A DNA stretch of 64,000 nt from Syntrophorhabdaceae bacterium (lineage in GTDB: Bacteria; Desulfobacterota; Syntrophorhabdia; Syntrophorhabdales; Syntrophorhabdaceae): assembly GCA_963666485.2 (NCBI GenBank), contig CAXXUO010000002.1, positions 96,001 to 160,000 on the forward strand. The letters run 5' to 3'. Below, in pieces: positions 1-11,684 of this stretch. Both the position numbers and the translations under genes were made by a program. The notes beneath the pieces were generated by a model. The model worked only from the letters and a program-made list of their open reading frames with translations, searched no databases and had not been told where the DNA came from. Position 1 is the stretch's first letter; the number at the start of each line of letters is the position of its first letter.

Positions 1-767
1 AGTATCATCACTACGGTTCGGGATAATATCGCTACGATCACCCTCAACCGCCCTGACAATATGAACACTTTTACCACACTTATGGCGACAGAGCTCAATC
101 ATGCCCCTTCGCACGCTTGATAATGAGGATGCTGTCCGGGTGATCATCCTGAAGGGCGCCGGAAAGGCCTTTTGTGCCGGGATCGACGTCAGTGAATTCC
201 CCGGCAAGACGGCGATGGAATACCAGGAATGGATCGGGATGATGGGAAAAGCCATGATCACCATGAACGACCTGAAAAAACCCGTTATCGCCGAGGTACA
301 GGGGATCGCCGCCGCGATAGGGGCGGGACTTGTGGCTGCAGCGGACCTTGCCATCGTGTCGGAAAGGGCCCGTTTTGGCCTGACTGCGATCAATGTCGGC
401 CTCAATTGCATTGGCCCCGCCATCCCCGTCTCGCGCTGCGTCGGGAGAAAGAGGGCCCTCGAACTCCTCTTCTTTGGGGACATGATAGATGCGGCCGAGG
501 CGCTCCAAATGGGGCTTATCAACCGCATTGTCAAGCATGACGAACTGGACGGCAAGACTCATGAATGGGCGCAGCAGTTGGCCGACAAGAGTCCCCTTGC
601 GATCGAAACGGCAAAGAAGGCATTTTTATACCGCCGCCGACATGGAATACCATAAGGCCTTCGAGCATGTGACCTCGGCGCTCGCGCGCCTGTGCACCAC
701 CGAAGATGTCGGTGAGGGCATTGCGGCCTTCTTTGACAAGAGAAAGCCAAGCTGGAAAAGACGTTAA
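1..767 (+). CDS. Enoyl-CoA hydratase/isomerase family protein; 5' end outside window, frameshifts at ~105 and ~622
   Basis: Frame 1 reads IATITLNRPDNMNTF; ORF 101-655 has GAGKAFCAGIDV and KPVIAEVQG..GAGLVAAADL; ORF 489-767 ends EDVGEGIAAFFDKRKPSW. Confidence 0.9.
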
Positions 768-782
768 TCGGGGAATCCTGCC

Positions 783-1461
783 ATGACACAAACCAAGGCC
801 TTGCTTTTTGCATCGATCTCATTCGTTATCTGGATCATCATGCCCGGTATCTGGACATCAGGGAATGCCCATGAGAACACCATCGCCAGCGATACGCGAA
901 GCCTTATCAACCTCAAAAAGTTTCCCGAGCGCCCGTCGGATTTCAACCGCAAGCTGAAGCCGTACGTCGCGAGGATCATTCAAAGACACGGGCACGAAGA
1001 ATGGAAGGCCGTGGTGCTGACAAATGAACTCCACCATCACATGGGGCTGCACTCGATCGTGGGCGCGAAAATGGGTATCAGGGCGCGTGAATTGCTCAGG
1101 GCGCCGTTTGATACGATCACCGTTGTCCTCGTATGCGGGCCTCAAAACCACCTGGCAGCTGCCTCAACGACGGCATCCAGGTATCTACGGGCGCAAGCCT
1201 CGGCAGGGGGGCAATCCTGGTGATATAGATTGGCCCACGACGACCCCCGTGCCGATTTCATATCGGGAAAAAAGAAAGTCACTTTGAAGCTCAGGGAGGA
1301 GATAGTCAGCGACATTAATAGGATGATCAAGGAATGTTCCGAAAAGCATACTTTTCAATCACAACAGTATTTTAATGAACTCGACAGGCTAATCTATTGA
1401 GTCCTGGTTACAATGGGACAGGGCATTTCTCTTTGAAGAGACCATGGGAGTTTTCCCATAA
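783..1461 (+). CDS. FmdE-family protein with N-terminal signal/TM; frameshifted, 3' end approximate
   Basis: TNELHHHMGLHSIVGAKMG motif; CLNDGIQVSTGASLGRG continues in another frame after ~1140. Confidence 0.65.
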
Positions 1462-1602
1462 TTCCGAAATTGTCAACTGAGTACCGGATATCAACGTACA
1501 CACGGTTCACTACAGCTATAACCGGTAGGGGGGGCTTTGTGTTTATCCGGACTATACCCCCTTTTTCTAAAAAGAATGCTTTTTCAGGCATTCGCCACAA
1601 TG

Positions 1603-1732
1603 TTGTAACTATTTTGTAACTAACGACCCCTCAAATACCCTCTCAGAATCCAAACATAACCCAAAGATGAGAAATTTTAAAAAGCCTGTAATGTGTTGAT
1701 ATTAGCGCATTTATAGAATTTGGTATAGTGTA
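1603..1732 (+). mobile_element. Putative island right arm (attR arm) copy 1
   Basis: TTGTAACTATTTTGTAAC paired repeat; 1689-1701 is the reverse complement of TATCAACACATTA (IHF consensus WATCAANNNNTTR); homologous to 8202-8329; abuts a tRNA fragment. Confidence 0.75.
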
Positions 1733-1776
1733 CTACGAATCCAAAGGTTAGAGGTTCGATCCCTCTCGGGCGCGCA
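1733..1776 (+). repeat. tRNA-Arg(NCG) 3'-half fragment, att-like copy 1
   Basis: CTACGAA-TCCAA-AGGTT-AGAGG-TTCGATC-CCTCT-CGGGCGC-GCA = anticodon loop, stem, variable loop, T-arm and acceptor 3' strand; no 5' half upstream. Confidence 0.9.
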
Positions 1777-1981
1777 TTTTACTTCGATAAGTTACAAACC
1801 ACACTGAAATTTCACAACCTTGTCGTGCTACCTTATAGCTACCCTTTGAATGTTTTTTGGTTCTGTTGAGACGAAGACAGGATCTTCTGAAGATTGAGGT
1901 AAATCCTTATTAATTCTCATCATCGGACGGGCAGCTCTCTTCCATGCGCCAGGCGGGATACACCGAGACGACCGTGCCGGG

Positions 1982-2009
1982 TGAAACAGTCTGTCTCAAC
2001 ATTGAAACA
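1982..2009 (+). promoter_or_regulatory. Putative sigma-54 enhancer (bEBP UAS)
   Basis: TGAAACA-N3-TGTCTCA-N4-TGAAACA; same arrangement at 53305-53333; ~65 bp upstream of a -24/-12 site. Confidence 0.6.
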
Positions 2010-2073
2010 CATTTCTTTTGGTGTATGGATACAATACGTAATACTTTCGAGGCATTATCAGGATGTTTACGTG

Positions 2074-2089
2074 CGGCATGGTTATTGCT
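2074..2089 (+). promoter_or_regulatory. Sigma-54 -24/-12 promoter
   Basis: CGGCATGGTTATTGCT: GG-N10-GC with TTGC. Confidence 0.65.
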
Positions 2090-2193
2090 CTTTTTATTAT
2101 GGCTATATCTCTGTTAAGATGGAAACAACGGCTTTGCGGTCCGGGTGATCGAAAAGCGCAACTGCCCACGATCGAGATGAAAGGAATCTTTCA

Positions 2194-5100
2194 ATGTCCC
2201 ACAAAAAGATTCTCCTTGTAGAGGATGAGGCCCCTTATAGCCGTTGCCCAGAAGAAGGTCCTCGAGAAGTACGGGTATGCGGTCGTAACCGCTCACTCCG
2301 GAAGAAGAAGGCCATAGAGGACGGTCCGTTCCACCCCGGGCATCGACCTCATCCTCATGGACATCAACCTCGGGAAGGGGAAGATGGACGGCACGGAGGC
2401 CGCGGAGGTCATCCTCAGGGACCACGACATTCCCGTCCTCTTCCTGTCCAGCTACACACAGCCCGAGATCGTCGAGAAAACAGAAAGGATCACCTCCTAC
2501 GGCTATGTCGTCAAGGATTCTGGCGAGACCGTCCTCAACGCATCGATAAAGATGGCGTTCAAACTCTACGAGGCGCACCAGAAGGTCACGCAGAATGCGG
2601 AACAGTTCCGCGCCGTCACCAATACCGTCGATCGACGGCTTCTGGCTCATCGATACGGAAGGCCGCATCCTGGACGTCAACGAGGCTTACTGCCAGATGA
2701 CCGGCTACGGCCGCGACGAACTCCTCGCAATGTACATCCCCGACCTTGACGCGGGTCGAAGACGCCGACATGGCCAGGGAGCACATGGCGAAGGTCATTG
2801 AAAAGGGCTCCGACCGTTTCGAGAGCAGGCACCGCTGCAAGGACGGACGGACAATCGACGTCGAGGTGAGCACAATACTGACGGGGGAACAGAAGCTCCT
2901 TGTCTTCATTCAAAACATCACGGACCGGAAGAAGGCACAAAAGGCCCTGGAGCTGCAATCGGCCATTACGGAAACGGTGGGCGAAGGCATCTTCCTGATA
3001 GGTGTCGAGGACAACATCATCAAGTGGGCGAACTCGAAATTCGAGAAGATGTTCGGCTACGGTCCGGGCGAGATGACGGGGATGCATGTCGACAGGGTGA
3101 ATGCGCCCACGGACAGGACACCGACGGAAACAAGGATATCGATCGTCGACGTGCTTCTCGAAAAAGGGGAATGGCACGGGGAAATAAAGAACGTAAAGAA
3201 GGACGGGACGCATTTCTGGTGCTATATCCGTGTCTCCCTGTTCGACCATCCCGAGTTCGGACGGGTCATGGTATCGGCGCATACGGACACCACGGGGCTC
3301 AAGCAGGGGGAGCAGGAACTGCGGGAAAGCAAAGAGACGTTCCGCGCAATTGCCGATTACACATACGACTGGGAAAACTGGGTTGGACCGGATGGCAGGC
3401 TGATCTGGATAAATCCCGCCGTCGAGCGTTTGACCGGGTACAGCGTAAAAGAATGCCTTGCCATGAAGGATTTCCCTCTGCCCATCATCGAAGACACCGA
3501 CAGGGAGCGGGTTGCTGTTGATTTCTCAGAAGCGGTTAAGGGAGCCTCTGGCGATGGGGTCGATTTTCGTGTCCGCTGTAAAGACGGCACGGTTAAATGG
3601 TTCTCTGCATCGTACCAGCAAATCTACGATTCAGCAGGAAAACATCTTGGCCACCGATCGAGCATACGCGACATTAACGACCGGAAACATGCGGAGGAGA
3701 CAGTTCAGCGGGATCTCGAGGCCATGATGGTTTTGCACAAACTCAGTTTGTCGAGCGCCCTTCCCGGAACCCTGTCAGAGTTGCTCACCGGGATTGTCGA
3801 TGCCGCGATCGCAATCACCTCGGCCGACTTCGGGAACATCCAGCTGTTGGACCCTGAGACCGGCCGTCTCCGGGTCGTTGCGCACCGCAACCTCCCGGAC
3901 TGGTGGCTTGCGTTCTGGGAGACGGTCAGCGAAGGAGAGGGGGGTGTGCGGCACGGCGCTTCAGGACGAGGAACGGGTCATCGTTCCGGACGTGGAGCAG
4001 AGCCCGATCTTTGTCGGAACGCCGGCACTCGAGATCCAGCTGCGGGCCGGCATCAGGGCGGTCCAGTCGACCCCGCTCAGGAGCAGGGATGGCAGGATCA
4101 TCGGCATGTTCTCCACGCATTTCAAAAAGCCGCTCAGGCCGGACGACCGCCAGATACGACTGCTCGATCTGCTCGCCCGACAGGCTGCCGACCTGGTCGA
4201 GCAGGGCCGGTATGAGGCGGATCTCAAGCAGAGCGAGGAAAGGTATCGCACCCTGTTCGAGGCTGCTGCGGACGGCATCGTTATTCACGACACCCGGGGC
4301 AGGAACATCGCTGCCAATCCACGTGCCTGTGAAATGCTGGGATACAGCCGTAACGAACTGCTGGCCATGTCATTATCCGACCTGATCCCGCCGGAAGAGC
4401 TTCAACAAAATCCGCCGCGGCTGAGCGATGCCCTCGCGGGTCGGCCTGTATGTTACGAACGTAAACTGCGGCGAAAGGACGGAACCCTTATCGACATCGA
4501 GATCAGGGCTGGTCGGGTCATGGAAGACAAAATACAGGCTTTCTGGCGGGGACATCACGGAACGCAAACGCGCCGAGAAAGCCTTGCGCCTTGAGCAGGA
4601 ACGTCTCGCAGGGCATCTTGAGAGGAACCAATACCGGGGACATGGGAATGGAATCTGCAAACCGGGGAAGTCGTGTTCAATGAACGATGGGCCGAGATCA
4701 TCGGCTATACCCTGGAGGAGATCTCTCCCCGTTTCCATCGAGACCTGGGAAAAGTTCTGCCACCCGGAGGATCTTAAGGTCAGCGGTGGACCTGTTAGAG
4801 AGACATTTTCCGGGGCGATCTGGATTATTATGAGTGCGAAGCACGGATGCGGCACAAGAGCGGCGAGTGGGCCTGGGTGCTGGACCCGGGGGCAGGTGAT
4901 CACATGGGCGAGCAACGGCAGGACCGCTCATGATGATGGGCACACACCAGGAGAATCACCGGCCCGCAAGCAGGCCGAGGATGACATCAAATCCTCCCTC
5001 CATGAGAAAGAGGTCCTCTTAAAAGAGATCCACCACCGGGTGAAGAAACAACCTCCTGGTCGTCTCGAGCATTTTGAACCTCCAGTCGGATACGATCATG

Positions 5101-5611
5101 GACAGGAAGGCAAAGGACCTCATTGAGGACTGCCGTCAGAGGATACATGCCATGTCCATCATCCACAACAGACTGTATAGTTCTGAGAGCCTCTCCCGCG
5201 TCAGCTTCAAGGGGTACACCGAGGAGCTCCTCGCAGACATTGCCCGCTCCTACGGGACCCGCCCCGGGGATGTCGCTCTCGTGACCGGACGTCGGTGACA
5301 TCACATTCGACATCGAGACCGCGATACCGCTCGGGCTCATCATGAACGAGCTTGTCTCGAATGCCATGAAGCACGCCTTCTCCGGGGAGAGAAAGGGTAC
5401 CATTAGGGTGAACATCCATGAACACGAGGGCAGATTCCTTCTGACGGTCAGGGATAACGGCGTAGGCTTCCCGGAAGGGATCGATTTCACCGCCACCGAA
5501 TCCTTAGGGATGCAGCTCGTCGTCACCCTCGTGGAACAACTCGACGGGAGCATAGATCTTATAAGGGGCAACGGGACGGAGTTCAGGGTTACCTTTGGGG
5601 CCGGGGCATGA
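2194..5611 (+). CDS. REC-PAS(n)-GAF-PAS-HisKA_2/HATPase sensor kinase, multiply frameshifted (pseudogene or assembly error)
   Basis: [10 protein letters not shown] and [12 protein letters not shown] receiver motifs, PAS/PAC repeats, GAF (DFGNIQLLD), [28 protein letters not shown] split across ORFs 2194/2357/2595/2746/3794/5074/5342; paralog of 54086-58489. Confidence 0.85.
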
Positions 5612-5659
5612 GGCACAATACAACGCAAAGCATAACGGCGGAAATCCCGTTAAGATGCT

Positions 5660-8143
5660 ATGAAATATTCATTTTTCAAATCCATACGCACCACACCTTA
5701 TCTTGCTGGTTTTGATAGCGGTCCTTCCGGCCCTTGTCATTCATTGTCTACAACGGGGTAATACAAAAACAACACGACATACGCGAAACAGAAAGCAATG
5801 CCATGCGCGTCCTGACAGGCCTTGCATACGCCCATGAATATGCGGTCGAGAGCACCCACCAGTTCCTCTCTATCCTCGCCCAGATGCCCCGATGTACAGA
5901 ACCTGAACCTCCCCGCGTGCAACCGGCTGTTTGGCAAACTTCTCAAAGATAACCCGCTGTACTCGAACATCTTCCTGGCAAATGATAGGGGAATGTTGGT
6001 TGCCAGTGCCAAACCGTTTACCCCTTTCAGCGTGGAACACCGGAAATTCTTCCGGGACACGATGCAATCACGACGCTTCTCGGCCGGAGAGTATGTGAAA
6101 GGCGTTATCGTGAGGCGTTCCGTGTTCCACTTTTCTTATCCCGTCCTCGATGCGCACAAAAACATGAAAGGTCTTGTCGCGGTAGCTGTCGACCTTGCAA
6201 GCTACGGCAATGTCTTTGCCATGGCAAAATTGCCTGAACACTCCGTCCTGGCAATCTCTGACCATAACCACACGATCCTTTACCGGTACCCTAATCCCGA
6301 AAAGTACATCGGCTCAAAGGCCCTGCAGGAAAATGTAAAGTCTTTTGCCGGGGAAGAGGAACAAGGTCTCTTCAGAGGCACCGGGTTTGAAGGGGTGCCC
6401 CGCCTGTTCGCCTTTAAACAGTTTCGCCTCGGGCCCGGTCAGCCGTTCTACATGGTCATGCGCGTAGGTATCTATGAGAAAGAGGCCCTTGCCTCCATGA
6501 AACGCAATTTCCTCATAAACATCGCCCTCCTGTGGTTTGCATTCATCGCCGCTTTGCTGCTGTCCTGGGTACTCGGCAGCGCGATTATTACCCGGAGGAT
6601 GAACAGAGTCATAGAAGCATCCACGCAGCTTGGACATGGCGACCTATCGGCCCGCACCGGTTTGCACCATAGCGAAAGCGAATTCGGCCAACTCGCCGCT
6701 GCGTTCGACGGGATGGCGACGGCCCTGGAGCAAAAAGAAGCGGAACGTTTGTCTTCCGAACAAGCCCTCAGGAGGAGTGAGGAAAAGTTCCGTTCCCTCG
6801 TCGAACACCTGCCACAGAATGTCTTCATAAAGGACAGCTTTTCCCGGTATATCACCTGCAACCGGCATTACGCCCGGGGGCTCGGGCTGGAGATAGAAGA
6901 CATAGTCGGGAAGACGGACTATGAATTCCATCGAAAAGAACTGGCGGATGGGTACCGGGCGGATGATCGGAAGGTTATCGAATCCGGCAAGGCCATCTCC
7001 CTCGAGGAGAAGTACGTCCGCTCCGGTGAAGAGCGCTGGGCATGGACAACGAAGGTCCCGTTCCGCAACCAGCAGGGAGATGTCATCGGGGTGATGGGCA
7101 TATTCGAGGATATCACGGACAGGAAGACTCTTTCGGAGAAACTCTTTCACGAACAGGAGCGCCTCCGCATCATCTTCGACGCCTCGCCCTCGGGCATTAT
7201 CCTCGTGGACCCGTCCGGTATCATCACCTTCGCTAACCAGAGGATGGCCGACATGTTCGGTTGTGCCCTGGATGAGCTCGTCGGCTCCTCGTATCCGTCC
7301 CATGTCCATCCGGACCAGCGGTCCACGGGTGACGCAAGGATGCGCCAGCTCATACGGGGAGAGGTGGACAGCGTCAACACAGAACGGTATTACATCCGCA
7401 AGGACGGTACCGGTTTCTGGGGATATTTGAGCGGCCGCCGCCAGGCTGACGAGAGCGGAACCTTTGTTAATCTCGTCGGCATTATCATGGACATAACCGC
7501 GCTCAAACAGGTCGAAAACACCCTCAAGGCCTCCCTCAAGGAGAAGGAGTCCCTCCTCAAAGAAATCCACCACCGGGTGAAGAACAACCTCATGGTCGTA
7601 TCGAGCATCTTAAGCCTCCAGTCGGGGACCATCAGGGACCAGAAGGTCAGGGACCTCATCGAGGAGTGCCGCAGACGAATACAGGTCATGTCCCTCATAC
7701 ACAACAAGCTCTACCGTTCAGCCAATCTCGCACATATCGGCTTCAGGGAATACACGGAGGACCTCCTTGGGGACATTGCCAGTTCGTACGGAGACCGCGC
7801 GGGAAATATCGCCCTCGTGACCGACGTCGGGGACATCTCCTTCGACATCGAGACCGCCATACCGCTGGGTCTCATCATGAACGAGCTCGTCTCGAACGCC
7901 ATGAAACATGCCTTCCCCGCAGAGAGGAAGGGCACCATCACGGTCAACCTCAATGAACAGGAGGGCAGCTTCCGGCTCACGGTCGGCGACGACGGCGCGG
8001 GGTTCCCGGAAGATCTCGATTTCACCGCCACCGAATCCTTAGGGATGCAGCTCGTCGTCAGCCTCGTGGAACAGCTCGACGGCACCATAGAACTCATCAC
8101 GGACAACGGGACGGAGTTCAGGGTAACCTTCGGGGCGGGATAA
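5660..8143 (+). CDS. dCache-HAMP-PAS-PAS-HisKA_2 sensor histidine kinase; frameshifts in first ~250 bp
   Basis: ATG 5660 MKYSFFKSIRT matches paralog at 49845; ORF 5822-8143 has Cache, TM, HAMP (EFGQLAAAFD), PAS, EIHHRVKNNL and HATPase. Confidence 0.88.
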
Positions 8144-8201
8144 GAAAATGGAGGATTTGACCCGTATATGGACCAGTATTGTGGTAAAACCACGCAAGGG
8201 A

Positions 8202-8329
8202 TTGTAACTATTTTGTAACGAATGACCCCTCAAATACCTCTCAGAATCCAACATAATCCAAAGATGAGACATTTGTAAAAGCTTGTAATCTATTGATATT
8301 AGCGCCTTTATAGGAATTGGTAGAGTGTA
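8202..8329 (+). mobile_element. Putative island right arm (attR arm) copy 2
   Basis: Colinear homolog of 1603-1732; TTGTAACTATTTTGTAAC; IHF consensus at 8286-8298 (reverse complement TATCAATAGATTA). Confidence 0.75.
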
Positions 8330-8374
8330 CTGCGAACCCAAAGGTTAGAGGTTCGATCCCTCTCGGGCGCGCCA
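8330..8374 (+). repeat. tRNA-Arg(NCG) 3'-half fragment, att-like copy 2
   Basis: CTGCGAACCCAAAGGTTAGAGGTTCGATCCCTCTCGGGCGCGCCA, ends in CCA. Confidence 0.9.
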
Positions 8375-8669
8375 ATAAAAGCAATATGTCACTCTCAGTA
8401 TTCACATTCTCCGCCGAAAATACCCAGCAATATACCCGGCAGACTGATGACTTTGTCCTTGACGTAGTCCTTATTATATACCCAAGCCGAAAAGGACCAG
8501 CATTCTTTGTTCCCCGATTTGTTCCATAGTCAAGAAGTTGAAAATTCTTAATACTGTTCATCTTTCCCCGTCGAATTCCGCGTCCTGAATTTTATAATTG
8601 TAAAAAGAAAACTGACTCTATATAATCGAACGAGCACAATTAAATTCAGAGTGGCAGGGAGGAGCGTCT

Positions 8670-8933
8670 ATGAAGAAAACATTCATCGTATTGTTCGCGG
8701 GATTTATTGTCCTTGTGTTTGCCTGCAATCCTGCTGTGTCTGCTGATACCCCGGTCAAAGCTGACGCAACGAAAATGGATTCTCCTAAGAAAAAGAACGA
8801 ATCGAAGGAAATAAAAGGGAAGACAGAGAAGAATGTACCCAAAAAGACCGGTGACGCTTTAGGGGAAACTGCACCAAAATCCTCGGCACCAGTTGGTAAG
8901 AGCACAAATGCCTTGAAACAAAATACGAAGTAA
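8670..8933 (+). CDS. Small secreted Lys-rich protein
   Basis: GGAGGAG RBS, MKK signal peptide, low-complexity K/T/S body. Confidence 0.7.
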   Translation: MKKTFIVLFAGFIVLVFACNPAVSADTPVKADATKMDSPKKKNESKEIKGKTEKNVPKKTGDALGETAPKSSAPVGKSTNALKQNTK

Positions 8934-9237
8934 CTCCTGACTTTATTGCTCATATAGTGCGCCGCCCTTTGAAGATTCGTGGTGCATGGCCGAGCATGAT
9001 AAGCTTGTCGAATTGGTCAGAGAAAAGACCAACGGGTTGAACGCTGACTCCTGGAATCAGAAGGGATGCTATCACTTTCATTCTCCAACCAGGGAGGGGC
9101 GTTGAGGGAATACAGGATGTGATCAGGGAATCGAAAAGCGATTGATCTATCAAGCCAATTATTTGAAATCCGACGGCATCGTCAGCTGCATTCATTAAAC
9201 CCGCACCTCCAGGGCACCACAATCAATCTGACGCTCG

Positions 9238-10809
9238 CTATTCCCGCAGCGTTGATCCCGGTACCGGATATTTATTTATCAGCGGTTGATACAGGGGAAT
9301 ATTGCGGACAAAAATATTGGCCACCTTGTCGTCATAAATCAGTCGCCAGCCATTGCAGCGCCGCAAATGGCGTGACAACGGCGAGTCGGCATCAAAAATG
9401 ACCCAGTTCATGTCATATTTTCTCATAACTGATTCCCAGTCTCTCTCGATGTTTTTGATCTTGAAGTATTCCTTGATCCGGTCAGCACCGTACATATCCA
9501 CCCTGCCGTCAATAAATACGCGGTATTGAGGCCAGGCTGCATATATGACATAATCTCCGAATTCGTCGTTATTGAACATGTTGCCCGGTATTCTCTCCCG
9601 TTTCAGGAATTCAACCGCTGCCACAGGCTTTATTGTTTTATCAAATGTGATCACAGTGTCACTTTGCGCCAGAAGAAACGAAACCATCAAAGCTGTGGCT
9701 ATTGGCCATAGAAAGCCGCGTGCCCGACCATCAATTTCCGCAATTTTGACATCTTGACAACGCAGCCAGGCAATTGTCCTCCCGCCCAAATTTTCAGTAT
9801 ATCCATTCGCCAAACGAGCTGCTACAGGTGATGCTATGATGGCAAATAAGGCGATATAGCGCTCCGAATAGAGGGCCATATTGAGAAAGAATAGCAGAAG
9901 GCCCAGTTCAATAATGTTTGGCTTTCGGCGTGAGATTGCCAGCAGGGCCAGGATAGATAGCAGGAATACCCTGAAGGGGAAAACCCCCATATCGTGGAAA
10001 TTCGGTGACGCCCATTCCACGATATGATCCATGAGGTAGCTGTCAAAAACCAATCTGAAAGGGAAGAAGAAGATATCGAAGCCAAATGGGTTGCAAAGCG
10101 CAGCTGCCATGCAGAGGACGGTGATCTTGAGAATGAACCGCCATTTTCGTTTCGCTGCCTCTCTGAGAGCCTTCTCACCTAAACGGGACAATATAAGATT
10201 GCCGGCGCCATAGAGGCCAAGAAGGATAAAGCCTGCGATGAAGCCGCCATGCAAATTGACCCAGAGAAGCATCAGAGGAGGTAAAAAATAGAGTGGGCCG
10301 CTGTCGTCGTGCTGGTAACGGTCCAGCAAGTCGTACCAGACGACCATCATCAATAGTGAGAAAATATGCGGGCGGGCCAGCCAGTGCAGCATAGAAGAAG
10401 CTGCTGCAAGCATAACCAGGATCAGCGGGATCAGGACGCGACCGTTGATCCGATGTAGCATCCGGAGCAGCAGGTAATAGACCAGTGCGATAAGTCCCGC
10501 GAAAAAAACGACAATACCCGTGAGGCCGGATAGATTGTGCACGGCGGCCATAATGACCTCGGAAAGCCACTCATGCGCTGTCCAGGAAAGCGGCGGTTCA
10601 ATAAAGGAAAACAGGTCCTGGTGTGGAATAGTGAACGTTTTAATAATATATTCGCCAGTCCGGATATGAAAGCCTGTGTCGCCGTCATTTAGGAGCCTTT
10701 GCCCGCAAGTAATGGTCAGAAACAAAAAGAGGATCGCAAAGAACATATCAGCAATCCTGGGTATCAAAAAACGTTGTATTTTGATCGCGCTTATATTCCG
10801 GACGGTCAT
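9238..10809 (-). CDS. Multi-pass membrane protein, probable GT-C glycosyltransferase; start uncertain
   Basis: LNDGDTGFHIRTG, W..HEWL, ARPHIF, LWVNLHGGF and VFIDGR motifs; many TM segments; divergent from a polyprenol-P-sugar synthase. Confidence 0.65.
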   Translation of the reverse strand: MTVRNISAIKIQRFLIPRIADMFFAILFLFLTITCGQRLLNDGDTGFHIRTGEYIIKTFTIPHQDLFSFIEPPLSWTAHEWLSEVIMAAVHNLSGLTGIVVFFAGLIALVYYLLLRMLHRINGRVLIPLILVMLAAASSMLHWLARPHIFSLLMMVVWYDLLDRYQHDDSGPLYFLPPLMLLWVNLHGGFIAGFILLGLYGAGNLILSRLGEKALREAAKRKWRFILKITVLCMAAALCNPFGFDIFFFPFRLVFDSYLMDHIVEWASPNFHDMGVFPFRVFLLSILALLAISRRKPNIIELGLLLFFLNMALYSERYIALFAIIASPVAARLANGYTENLGGRTIAWLRCQDVKIAEIDGRARGFLWPIATALMVSFLLAQSDTVITFDKTIKPVAAVEFLKRERIPGNMFNNDEFGDYVIYAAWPQYRVFIDGRVDMYGADRIKEYFKIKNIERDWESVMRKYDMNWVIFDADSPLSRHLRRCNGWRLIYDDKVANIFVRNIPLYQPLINKYPVPGSTLRE

Positions 10810-10958
10810 TTCGATTCTGTAACATATTATGTCAAAGGTTGACAAGCTGGACATACAAAGAAAAGAAGGACGTATCCGGGGGCCTGTCATGGCCCTGCTG
10901 GCGCCGCGGGGCTTGACATCGGAGGGAAATTGTGTGTGTTAATTGTTAAGGAACAACG

Positions 10959-11684
10959 ATGATCTCCGTGATTATCCCCACCTACAGAGAAGCCGAAAAC
11001 CTGCGCCTCATCCTGCCGCGGGTGTTTCACGTCCTGGAACAGGCCGGCATGGAAGGCGAGGTCATCGTTGTGGACGACGATTCACCGGACGGAACGGCGG
11101 AAACGGTGCGGGAACTTGCCCGCGATTACCCCGTGCGGGTGCATGTCCGCAGGGACGAGAGGGGGCTGGCAACCGCGGTCATGAAGGGTTTTGAACTTGC
11201 CGGGGGCGACATCGTCGTCGTGATGGACGCGGATCTGAGCCACCCCGGCGAAAAGATCCCCGAAATGGTGCGGCCGATCCTGGAGGACAGGTGCGATATA
11301 ACCGTCGGCAGCCGCTACGTGAGCGGCGGGGGCTGCGACCACTGGCCGCTGTCGCGAAAGCTGATCAGCAGGTCTTCGGGGCTTATGGCCAGGGGGGTGA
11401 CGAAGCTTTCCGACCCGACCAGCGGTTTCATGGCGGTGCGGAAGGCCGTCCTCGACAAAACGGTGCTGGACCCGGTGGGGTGGAAGATAGTCCTCGAGGT
11501 CGTTGTCAAGACCGGGCAGAGGGTTGAGGAGGTCCCGATCGTTTTTGCGGACAGGGAAAAAGGGCAGAGCAAGCTGAACTTGAGGGTGCAGGCCGAGTAC
11601 ATGGCACACCTCATGAGGCTCTACCATTTCAGGTACCGGTCACTTTTCGAGTTCGTGAAATTCTGCATCACCGCCAAAGGTTAG
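10959..11684 (+). CDS. Polyprenol monophosphomannose synthase (GT2, DPM1-like); C-terminal GtrA-like domain apparently truncated by tRNA fragment
   Basis: ISVIIPTYRE, VVDDDSPDGT, VMDADLSH, GSRY, DREKGQSKL; ends FVKFCITAKG* with the stop inside the tRNA fragment. Confidence 0.88.
   Translation: MISVIIPTYREAENLRLILPRVFHVLEQAGMEGEVIVVDDDSPDGTAETVRELARDYPVRVHVRRDERGLATAVMKGFELAGGDIVVVMDADLSHPGEKIPEMVRPILEDRCDITVGSRYVSGGGCDHWPLSRKLISRSSGLMARGVTKLSDPTSGFMAVRKAVLDKTVLDPVGWKIVLEVVVKTGQRVEEVPIVFADREKGQSKLNLRVQAEYMAHLMRLYHFRYRSLFEFVKFCITAKG

Noticed and set aside
1700..1776. Intact tRNA gene at any of the five copies
   Set aside because: No GCGCCCG acceptor 5' strand or D-arm upstream; only 3' halves are present.
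6644..7573. Long antisense ORFs opposite kinases and other genes (also 35486-36421, 54053-55213, 55358-56194)
   Set aside because: Shadow ORFs of GC-rich coding strands with no recognisable motifs.
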